A stretch of 64,000 nucleotides of DNA from Macrostomum lignano (lineage: Eukaryota), in assembly GCA_002269645.1 (NCBI GenBank), contig NIVC01000866.1, forward strand, positions 386,441 through 450,440, given 5' to 3'. The position numbers and the translations under genes are program-made. Below the pieces are notes generated by a model. The model was not told the DNA's origin and made no database searches. It saw nothing but the letters and a program-made list of their open reading frames with translations. Of this stretch, positions 1 through 11,400 are shown piece by piece (within the stretch, counting starts at the first letter, position 1; each line of letters opens with the position of its first letter).

Positions 1-244
1 TTAACTTACAACCCCCTACAAATAAAATTTTAATGCCAAAACACTTCTAAAATGTTGGCATTAATGGCCCATAATAATTCATTTTTGGAAAGTTCCATGT
101 TAATAGCTAAAAAAGATGCATAAAGTGAATCTAATAAACAATTCTGCAAGTTGCAAGATAGCCAAAATTTCATCATTTATGCCAGACTAATGCCTGGCTT
201 ATATGTAATGCATGCTAGGCATATTGCCTGGACAAGGGGGGCCA

Positions 245-432
245 TAGCCCAGCAGTCTAGCACAGGCTCTAGTGTGCCAGCAACCCAGGCTCGATTCCAA
301 GTGCAGTCACATTAATTTGGGACTGAATTGGAATCTCGGCTTGGCTCTGCTCATGCAATTAATGGCCTTGAGGGCCAACCCCCCAAGGCACAGTGAAGTG
401 TCCATGCCTAACGATAAATAAAGTTAGGGCCG
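245..432 (+). mobile_element. tRNA-derived SINE-like repeat, copy 1
   Basis: A-box-like TAGCCCAGC and B-box-like GGCTCGATTCC; alignable over ~170-190 bp to the reverse complement of 37161-37330. Confidence 0.65.
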
Positions 433-1898
433 TTGTATACTCCTGTGTGAGTGTGTGCCTGCGATGTATCCGTGCGCTTGTATGCCTGCTTAGGGGAGTC
501 AGCGGAATGGGCAGTAATGTCTCTTACTGGTTATGTACCTATGTTGCTTAAAGTGCAACAGGGTGCACACAACCTCCCTGCTTCTAATAAAAGAAATATT
601 GCATGGACTAGGAGGGGGTGTGCACAATTTGTACAAAAATTTTTCATTTCAAAAAAGTTTAATGTTTTTATTTGAGTGGAAGAGAAAAGTGATAGAAAAT
701 ATTTTATGCAAATGTCTGTCAAATAACCAGTGGCAGTTCACCCTACTACATAATATTTTTTAAGGCTTTATTTAAAAACATTTTTTACGAAAATTAACTT
801 GTGAAAACTGAATGACCTTTTAAGGAGAATTTTTTATTGTACATTTTAAGAACATTTTTGTTTTTGATGTACACTGCCATTGGCATATATTTAACTGAGA
901 TAGGGTTCTTGTTGAGGCATATATTTACACAATCCACAACCCTAGGCAAGAACTATTAGAGTTCCAATATTGGAACCTATTTTTAATAGCTATGGATCAG
1001 GTCATAGTTTGACAGGCAACACATGCTAGGATTTCCCAACGTACTATAAGGGAACTTGGCATTTTTTAATGTATATTAGCATATATCCCAGGGTATATGA
1101 CAGTGAAAAAATTTCAGCTTATATCTATAGCATGCTTGCATATATGATAGGATAGTGGCATAGCTAAGATTTTGAAAAGGGGGATAACTTTAAAGGACAA
1201 AATTATAGACTAAGAAAAAGTTTTTTTTGCAATTTTTTGCTTAAAATATACATTTAAAAAGTACCAAAACCATGCTTATTAGGCAAAAAGACTTTACTTT
1301 GTTAAAATCAGAATAAAGCCCACAGACTTCTGTCCTGACTAAGGCATTTTAAGAATTAGGGATTTGTAGAAATATCATTTAAAACATTTTAATAGTAATT
1401 TATGAGTGAAATATACTATTTTTGTGCAATTTTGCTAAATCTAAGCCACTTTATTTGTTTTTTCTTCAAAAACCTATTTTTGTTTCCTATAAATCATCAA
1501 AATGGAGGATGTATTTTTGGACCCCCCTACCTACACTACTTACTTATTTCTTTCTTACGCCAAGCCTATAACCTAAATTCTATCCTATCCTAGACCCTAA
1601 TTTCTAAACCCTAACCTTAACTTAAACCTTGTGTAAAACCTATCTTAGACCCCAATTCCTAAACCCTAGTCCCTAACCCTTAACACAAACCTTACCTAAA
1701 CCCTGATTTCTCTTTGCTTATTGGGCGCCCCAAAGGGGGCATTAGATTGCTAGTCCATATACTAAAAATTCCAACTAATTATCATAGACTGATTGTGGCT
1801 GATTTCCCCTTATTATTGCAGCTCCACACGTATCTTTGAAGCGCAAGCACCATAGAAAGTTTAAAATTTAAATAAAAGTTTGTTAATCTCCAAATCAA

Positions 1899-2473
1899 AT
1901 GAGTAAGAAACGAAAGCTGACCAATGGTCAGTTGTCGCCAAGCAGCAATAATGCCGCTAAGAAGCAGCGCCGATCGCAGCAAAAGCAGAAGACTGGCAGC
2001 AACCTTTCTGCTTCCGGAAGCAGCAACACCCGCTGTCGATACTGCAAGCAATTTCTAGACGACGCCGTGCAATTTCGCAACGAAAGACCCGACGCCCAGG
2101 AGGAGTGCGTGGCCCTGACCCACCCGGCCTTGTCGCTGGTGTCCGAGGGCTCCGTCCTGTCTGACGAAGCCGACGCCCGGCCGCAGCAGAAGCTGACGGA
2201 CTTCTCCGTGTACTGCCCGGCCGGCCACCTGTGCCCGTTCGACACCGGGCTGATTGAAGACAATGTCGAGCTGTACTTCAGCGGCCTGCTTGTGCCCGTC
2301 TACGCCGCTGTTGAAGACGAGGAGGCGGCCGGCTCGACGATGGTGGCCTGCTGTCGGATGGGGCCGATCGACGAGTGGTGGCTGTCCGGCTTTGACGGCG
2401 GCCAGAGGGCCATTGTGGGCTTCAGCACCGTGTATGGCGAGTATATTCTGGCTAAGCCGCACTCGGAATACAG
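1899..2473 (+). CDS. DNMT1: DNMT1 exon 1 (basic NLS-like start, N-half of RFTS)
   Basis: ATG at 1899 with in-frame TAA upstream at 1869-1871; donor AG|GTGAG at 2474 (phase 2). Confidence 0.92.
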
Positions 2474-5400
2474 GTGAGAGGGGTCAGTATGCGGGTGGCT
2501 TTAAATCCCAGATCCTAAAAAATCCTCAAATTCTAGATTGGGGTCCTCAAATCCCAGATTGTGGTCCTCAAATCTCAGATTGTGGTCCTAAAATCCCAGA
2601 TTGTGGTCCTCAAATCCTAGCTTGAGATCCTTAAATCCCAGATTGGAGTCCTCAAATCCCAGATTGGGGTCCTCAAATCCCAGATTGTGGTCCTCAAATC
2701 CCAGATTGGAATCCTCAAATCCCATATTGGAATCCTCAAATCCGAGATTCGAATCCTCAAATCCCAGATTAGAATCCTCAAATCCCAGATTGGGGTCCTG
2801 AAATCCCAGATTGGGGTCCTCAAATCCCAATAGGAGATCCCCGGATCCGGATTGGAATCTGAAATCCCAGATTGGAATCCTCAAATCCCAATAGGAGATC
2901 CCGGATCCGGATTGGAATCTGAAATCCCAAAGGTCCTCAATGAAAGCATCTCGGCATGACGCCCACGCACCCGCAGGTTCCTGATGGAGTCGGCCCTGGA
3001 AAAAATCCACCTAACCAAGCGCGTCACCGAGTGCCTGCTAGACGACAGTCGCAAAGAGGAGGCCGTGGAATACGAGGAGTTGCTTGAGTTGGTGGCGCCC
3101 ATCAGCGCCGATGCGGTTCAATCGCACGCCAGCTTCCTCATCGAGCAGGTCCGGGCAATGGACGATGAAGAGGGCACGGAGCTGATGCGGCAGCCCTGCA
3201 TGCAGACCCTGGTTGAGCTCGGAGGACTCAACGAAGATGCCGACAGCGAAGAAGCCGACCAGGAAAATGTCGATCGACCGACCGGACGCCGGGATCGCAG
3301 GTCTCGAGCGCCGGAGCGGCGTCCGCAACCTCGGCGTCATCGCCGGATTGTGCAGGCCAAGCCGCAGCAGGCGGCACAGTCGGCCGACACCAAGGCCACC
3401 GTCACTCCGCTGGTGCGCTCCGTGTTCGACTCCATCTTCCAGCATCAGCTGGACGACGACGCCGGGGCGGCAGATTTCGTCACTTCCACCAAGGCCGACA
3501 TGTTTCTGCGACTGGCTCGGCTCAATGCGGCGGCGCTAGTGCAGGTCAGGGTCGGGGTTTACAGCAATGCCATTGGTGTCTGGCCTGCGATGTCGCTAAT
3601 CTTCAGATGGAGCCGATGCCCTTCCAGATCCTCAGTTGCTGAGCCACCAGCCTCTCAGATCCTCAGTTGCTGGGCCAGCCTCCCAGATCCTCTGTTGCTG
3701 GGCCAGCCTCCCAGATCCTCAGTTGCTGGGCCAGCCTCCCAGATCCTCAGTTGCTGGGCCACCAGCCTCCCAGATCCTCAGTTGCTGGGCCACCAGCCTC
3801 CCAGATCCTCAGTTGCTGGGCCAGCCTCCCAGATCATCAGTTGCTGGGCCAGCCTCCCAGATCATCAGTTGCTGGGCCAGCCTCCCAGATCCTCAGTTGC
3901 TGAGCCACCAGCCTCCCAGATCCTGTTGCTGGGCCACCAGCCTCCTAGATCCTTAGTTGCTGGGCCAGCCTCCCAGATCCCTTCAATTTACATCCGCATA
4001 GCAACAAAGACGCGTCGCCACTCCGCAGGCTGGCGACCCGGTCGAGTTCCTCGGTGAGCCAATTCAGCGCAGGCCGCCCTCGGTAGCGGCGGGCCGGCGG
4101 CTCCGCCTGTACTATTCCGCTGTCCGTCTTGGCAGTCGCTGCCGCCTATCGATCGGCGATTTCGTCCTGTGGCGCTCAAGCTGGCGCGACGCCAGGCCCG
4201 GCTCTTGGCGCGCGGCCCGAATCACCAGGCTGTACTCCGAGGGCAGCGGGCCGCAGCTGCAGGCCAGGTTTCACGGCAGCGCCTTCCTGCACGGCGAGGA
4301 CACCATCCTGGGCCGGACTGCGGATCCGTGCGAGCTGTTCGCCACCAACGACGAGTGCTGCAGCGCCGAACTGGCCGCCGTGGTGATGCGGCTGGAGGTG
4401 GCGCGAAGATCTGCAGGTGAGGGGGTGGCGTGGTTGCTGCTGGAGACAGTCTGTGACCATGTTTGATGGCTGGATGCATCTGTCCTTGATGATGACGCGT
4501 TTAGTTGATGATTGACATATCCTTAATTGATATCGTGCAGGATTGATACATCCAGTTGATGATTGATACATCCGGTTGATGATTGATACATCTGGTTGAT
4601 GATTGATACATCCGGTTGATGATTGATACATCCGGTTGATTACTAATACTTCCGGTTGATGATTGATACTGATACATCCGGTTGATGATTGATACATCCA
4701 GTTGATGATTGATACATCCGGTTGATGATTGATACATCCGGTTGATGATTGATACATCCGGTTGATGATTGATACATCCAGTTGATGATTGACAGACCCA
4801 GTTAATGATTGACAGACCCAGTTAATGATTGACAGACCCAGTTGATGATTGACAGACCCAGTTGATGATTGACAGACCCAGTTGATGATTGACAGACCCA
4901 GTTAATGATTGACAGACCCAGTTGATGATTGACAGACCCAGTTAATGATTGACAGACCCAGTTAATGATTGACAGACCCAGTTAATGATTGACAGACCCA
5001 GTTGATGATTGACAGACCCAGTTGATGATTGACAGACCCAGTTAATGATTGACAGACCCAGTTGATGATTGACAGACCAAGTTGATGATTGACAGACCCA
5101 GTTGATGATTGACAGACCAAGTTGATGATTGACAGACCCAGTTAATGATTGACAGACCAAGTTGATGATTGACAGACCAAGTTGATGATTGACAGATCAA
5201 GTTGATGATTGACAGATCAAGTTGATGATTGACAGACCCAGTTAATGATTGACAGACCCAGTTAATGATTGACAGACCCAGTTGATGATTGACAGACCCA
5301 GTTGATGATTGACAGACCCAGTTAATGATTGACAGACCCAGTTGATGATTGACAGACCAAGTTGATGATTGACAGACCCAGTTGATGATTGACAGACCAA

Positions 5401-8400
5401 GTTGATGATTGACAGACCCAGTTGATGATTGACAGACCAAGTTGATGATTGACAGACCCAGTTGATGATTGACAGACCAAGTTGATGATTGACAGACCAA
5501 GTTGATGATTGACAGACCCAGTTGATGATTGACAGACCAAGTTGATGATTGACAGACCAAGTTGATGATTGACACATTAAAACACACCTGGAATCTCAGG
5601 TGACCGCCTAGTGACAGCGAGCGCAGCCGAGATGGAGGCGAACGCATCCGCAGGCCGTCTGTTCTACCAGAAAGTCTACCTGCCGGATAAAGGATTCTTC
5701 ATTGACCCGCCAAACGACCAAGCCGAGGAGGAGCCGGCCGATCCAGATGCCGATGCAGATGGCAACCAAGATGACGAGGACAGCTACAGAGATTGCTCAA
5801 CCTGCTCAGCGAGGCGGCGCTCCTGTCTGGAGGCCGTCCCCAGACCCTGCCGAGCTCTGACAGCCGCAGCTTCGGCCGCTTCAACAGCAGGTGCCAACAA
5901 GCAGCGCTACTCGGCCTTCCGCTGGCGAGGCCAGGTCTACAAGTTGCTAGGCTGTTGCTACCTGGAGCCTGGCTCGCATAAATTTGCAAACGAATCAACC
6001 AGGCGGGCTTCACAGCAGCAGCAGCAGCAGCCGGCTAAGGCAGATAAGGATTCGCCTTATCCCGACTCCGTGTACACTGAGCGGTATCGCAAGACTGCCT
6101 ACGTAAAAGGATCCAATGAGTCTACTCCGGCGCCTTATCAGGTGAGCTGTTTTGTCTTCTCTTTGGCATTCACCACTATCTTCACGATCACTGATTTCTT
6201 CACAATCACCAATATCCTCACATTCAATACTCGTAATTTCTTCACAATAATCAATCTCTTCACATTCACCAATATCAGATTCACTAATCTCCTCACATTT
6301 ACTAATCTCCTCACATTCACCAATCTCCTTACATTCACCAATCTCCTTACATTCAACAATCTCCTCGCATTCACCAATCTCCTCACATTCACTAATCTCC
6401 TCACATTTACTAATCTCCTCACATTCACTAATCTCCTCACATTCACAAATCTCCTCACATTTATCAATCTCCTCACATTCACAAATCTCAGATTCACTAA
6501 TCTCCTCACATTCACTAATCTCCCCACATTCACCAATCTCCTCGCATTCAACGATCTCCTCACATTCACCAATATCCTCACATTCACTAATCTTACATTC
6601 ACCAATCTCACATTCAATAAACTCACATTTACCAATCACATTCACCAATCTGCTTGCATTCACCAATCTCTCCACACTCACCAATCTGCTTGCATTCACC
6701 AATCTCTCCACACTCACCAATCTGCTTGCATTCACCATTCTCTCCACATTCACCAATCTGCTTGCATTCACCAATCTCTCCACATTCACCAATCTGCTTG
6801 CATTCACCATTCTCTCCACATTCACCAATCTGCTTGCATTCACCATTCTCTCCACATTCACCAATCTGCTTGCATTCACCATTCTCTCCACATTCACCAA
6901 TCTGCTTGCATTCACTATTCTCTCCACATTCACCAATCTGCTTGCATTCACTATTCTCTCCACATTCACCAATCTGCTTGCATTCACTATTCTCTCCACA
7001 TTCACCAATCTGCTTGCATTCACTATTCTCTCCACATTCACCAATCTGCTTGCATTCACCAATGTCTCCACACTCACCAATCTGCTTGCATTCACCATTC
7101 TCTCCACATTCACCAATCTGCTTGCATTCACCAATCTCTCCACATTCACCAATCTGTTTGCATTCACCATTCTCTCCACATTCACCAATCTGCTTGCATT
7201 CACCATTCTCTCCACATTCACCAATCTGCTTGCATTCACCATTCTCTCCACATTTACCAATCCCTTCGCGTTCCCGCTTTCAGATCGGACGAATTGTTGA
7301 AATATTCAAGCGAGGCCCGTCGTTCCCCTTGCGAATTCGGTTGAAGATGTTCTACAGACCCGAGGACGCGGTCGCCACCTTGGACTCTGACCGGCTCCGG
7401 CCGCTGCACCTTCTTTACTGCAGCGACGAGGAATGCTCCGTGGTTGTCTCCGAGCGCGTCAGAGGCCTCTGTACGGTTGTTCACGCGGACGAATTGGAAG
7501 GATTGTACACCTCGCCGGAGCAGTTCTTTCTGTCTGGTCCAGACCGCTTCTACTACGATACTCAGTTTGATGCTGACACTGGGCAGATGGAGTCTGTCTG
7601 CGTTGAGCAGGAGTCTGTAGATCTGCAGGCTATGCGGGATGAAGCTGCTCAACTGGCTCAGGTAGCTAAAAGTCAGATCTTACTGTCAGATAATCTAAGA
7701 GTCAGACCTTACTGTCAGATGATCTATAAGTCAGACCGTATTGTCAGATAATCTATGATGAGTCAGACCTTATTGTCAGATGATCTATGAGTCAGACCTT
7801 ATTGTCAGATGATCTATTAGTCAGACCTTATTGTCAGATAATCTATGATGAGTCAGACCTTATTGTCAGATAATCTATGAGTCAGACCTTGTTGTCAGAT
7901 TATCTATGATGAGTCAGACCTTATTGTCAGATAATCTATTATAAGTCAGACCTTATTGTCAGATGATCTATGAGTCAGACCTTATTGTCAGATAATCTAT
8001 GATGAGTCAGACCTTATTGTCAGATAATCTATGATGAGTCAGACCTTATTGTCAGATGATCTAAGAGTCAGACTTTATTGTCAGATGATCTATGAGTCAG
8101 ACCTTATTGTCAGATGATCTATGACGAGTCAGATCTTATTGTCAGATGATCTATGACGAGTCAGACCTTATTGTCAGATGATTTATGATGAGTCAGACCT
8201 TATTGTCAGATGATTTATGATGAGTCAGACCTTATTGTCAGATGATCTATGACGAGTCAGACCTTATTGTCAGATGATCTATGAGTCAGACCTTATTGTC
8301 AGATGATCTATTAGTCAGACCTTATTGTCAGATAATCTATGATGAGTCAGACCTTATTGTCAGATAATCTATGAGTCAGACCTTGTTGTCAGATTATCTA

Positions 8401-11400
8401 TGATGAGTCAGACCTTATTGTCAGATAATCTATTATAAGTCAGACCTTATTGTCAGATGATCTATGAGTCAGACCTTATTGTCAGATAATCTATGATGAG
8501 TCAGACCTTATTGTCAGATAATCTATGATGAGTCAGACCTTATTGTCAGATGATCTAAGAGTCAGACTTTATTGTCAGATGATCTATGAGTCAGACCTTA
8601 TTGTCAGATGATCTATGAGTCAGACCTTATTGTCAGATGATCTATGACGAGTCAGACCTTATTGTCAGATGATCTATGAGTCAGACCTTATTGTCAGATG
8701 ATCTATGACGAGTCAGACCTTATTGTCAGATGATCTATGACGAGTCAGACCTTATTGTCAGATGATTTATGATGAGTCAGACCTTATTGTCAGATGATTT
8801 ATCATGAGTCAGACCTTATTGTCAGATGATCTATGACGAGTCAGACCTTATTGTCAGATGATCTATGACGAGTCAGACCTTATTGTCAGATGATTTATGA
8901 TGAGTCAGACCTTATTGTCAGATGATTTATGATGAGTCAGACCTTATTGTCAGATGATCTATGATGAGTCAGACCTTATTGTCAGATAATCTATGATGAG
9001 TCAGACCTTATTGTCAGATAATCTATGATGAGTCAGACCCTATTGTCAGATAGTCTCTGAGTCACAATTTGCCTCAACTCCTCTCCCAATCGCCCAGGTG
9101 AAGCCGCTTCGCTGCCTAGACGTGTTCTCCGGCTGCGGCGGCCTCTCCGAGGGTTTGCACCAAGCCGGAGCCGCCGTCACCCACTGGGCCATCGAGCGCG
9201 ACCCGGACGCTGCCAAAGCGTTCGCATTGAATCATCCTGACTGCGCCGTCCTCACCGACGATTGCAACCGGCTGCTCCGTCTGGCCATGGACGGCGTGTC
9301 CGAGACTCCGGACAGTCGCCGGCTGCCGATTCCCCAGCGCGGCCAAGTGCAGCTGCTATGCGGCGGCCCGCCCTGTCAGGGCTACAGCGGCATGAACCGG
9401 TTCAGCGCCCGGGAGGCCAGCAAGTTGAAAAACTCTCTAGTGGCATCGTTTCTGAGCTACGCCGATTTCTACAGGCCGGACTATTTCCTGCTGGAGAATG
9501 TGCGCAATTTTGCCGCTTATAATAAGTCCTGCGTGCTGCAGCTCACCATGCGATGTCTGCTGGCCATGGGGTATCAGCTGGGTGAGTGAGCTTTGTATGT
9601 TCATAATCTCTCCCTGTTTGCCGTGTCTTATCTCACCCTGTCTGCCGTGTCTTATCTCACCCTGTCTGCCGTGTCTTATCTCTCCCTGTCTGCCGTGTCT
9701 TATCTCACCCTGTCTGCCGTGTCTTATCTCACCCTGTCTGCCGTGTCTTATCTCACCCTGTCTGCCGTGTCTTATCTCACCCTGTCTGCCGTAGCTTGGT
9801 GTCTTATCTCACCCTGTCTGCCGTGTCTTATCTCAACCTGTCTGCCGTGTCTTATCTCACCCTGTTTGCCGTGTCTTATCTCACCCTGTCTGCCGTGTCT
9901 TATCTCACCCTGTTTGCTGTGTCTTATCTCACCCTGTCTGCCGTGTCTTATCTCACCCTGTCTGCCGTGTCTTATCTCACCCTGTCTGCCGTGTCTTATC
10001 TCACCCTGTCTGCCGTGTCTTATCTCACCCTGTCTGCCGTGTCTTATCTCACCCTGTCTGCCGTGTCTTATCTCACCCTGTCTGCTGTGTCTTATCTCAC
10101 CCTGTCTGCCGTAGCTTAGTGTCTTATCTCACCCTGTCTCCCGTAGCTTGGTGTCTTATCTCACCCTGTCTGCCGTAGCTTGGTGTCTTATCTCACCCTG
10201 TCTGCCGTAGCTTGGTGTCTTATCTCACCCTGTCTCCCGTAGCTTAGTGTCTTATCTCACCCTGTCTCCCGTAGCTTGGTGTCTTATCTCACCCTGTCTG
10301 CCGTAGCTTGGTGTCTTATCTCACCCTGTCTCCCGTAGCTTAGTGTCTTATCTCACCCTGTCTCCCGTAGCTTGGTGTCTTATCTCACCCTGTCTGCCGT
10401 AGCTTGGTGTCTTATCTCACCCTGTCTGCCGTAGCTTGGTGTCTTATCTCACTCTGTCTGCCGTAGCTTAGTGTCTTATCTCACCCTGTCTCCCGTAGCT
10501 TAGTGTCTTATCTCACCCTGTCTCCCGTAGCTTGGTGTCTTATCTCACCCTGTCTCCCGTAGCTTAGTGTCTTATCTCACCCTGTCTCCCGTAGCTTGGT
10601 GTCTTATCTCACCCTGTCTCCCGTAGCTTGGTGTCTTATCTCACCCTGTCTCCCGTAGCTTGGTGTCTTATCTCACCCTGTCTGCCGTAGCTTAGTGTCT
10701 TATCTCACCCTGTCTCCCGTAGCTTGGTGTCTTATCTCATCCTGTCTACCGTAGCTTGGTGTCTTATCTCACCCTGTCTGCCGTGTCTTATCTAACCCTG
10801 TCTGCCGTGTCTTATCTCTCCCTGTCTGCCGTGTCTTATCTCTCCCTGTCTGCCGTGTCTTATCTCACCCTGTCTGCCGTGTCTTATCTCACCCTGTCTG
10901 CCGTGTCTTATCTCACCCTGTCTGCCGTGTCTTATCTCACCCTGTCTGCCGTGTCTTATCTCACCCTGTCTGCCGTGTCTTATCTCACCCTGTCTGCCGT
11001 GTCTTATCTAACCCTGTCTGCCGTGTCTTATCTCACCCTGTCTGCCGTGTCTTATCTCACCCTGTCTGCCGTGTCTTATCTCACCCTGTCTGCCGTGTCT
11101 TATCTAACCCTGTCTGCCGTGTCTTATCTCACCCTGTCTGCCGTGTCTTATCTCTCCCTGTCTGCCGTGTCTTATCTCACCCTGTCTGCCGTGTCTTATC
11201 TCACCCTGTCTGCCGTGTCTTATCTCACCCTGTCTGCCGTGTCTTATCTCACCCTGTCTGCCGTGTCTTATCTCACCCTGTCTGCCGTGTCTTATCTCAC
11301 CCTGTCTGCCGTGTCTTATCTCACCCTGTCTGCCGTGTCTTATCTCACCCTGTCTGCCGTGTCTTATCTCACCCTGTCTGCCGTGTCTTATCTCACCCTG

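Noticed and set aside
5611-7751. 577-aa, 416-aa and 365-aa ORFs with TNLLTF, HQSACI and VNVER repeats
   Set aside because: Read-through of DNMT1 exons 4 and 5 into the intron 4 minisatellite; splicing at 6141/7284 restores the conserved BAH2 sequence.
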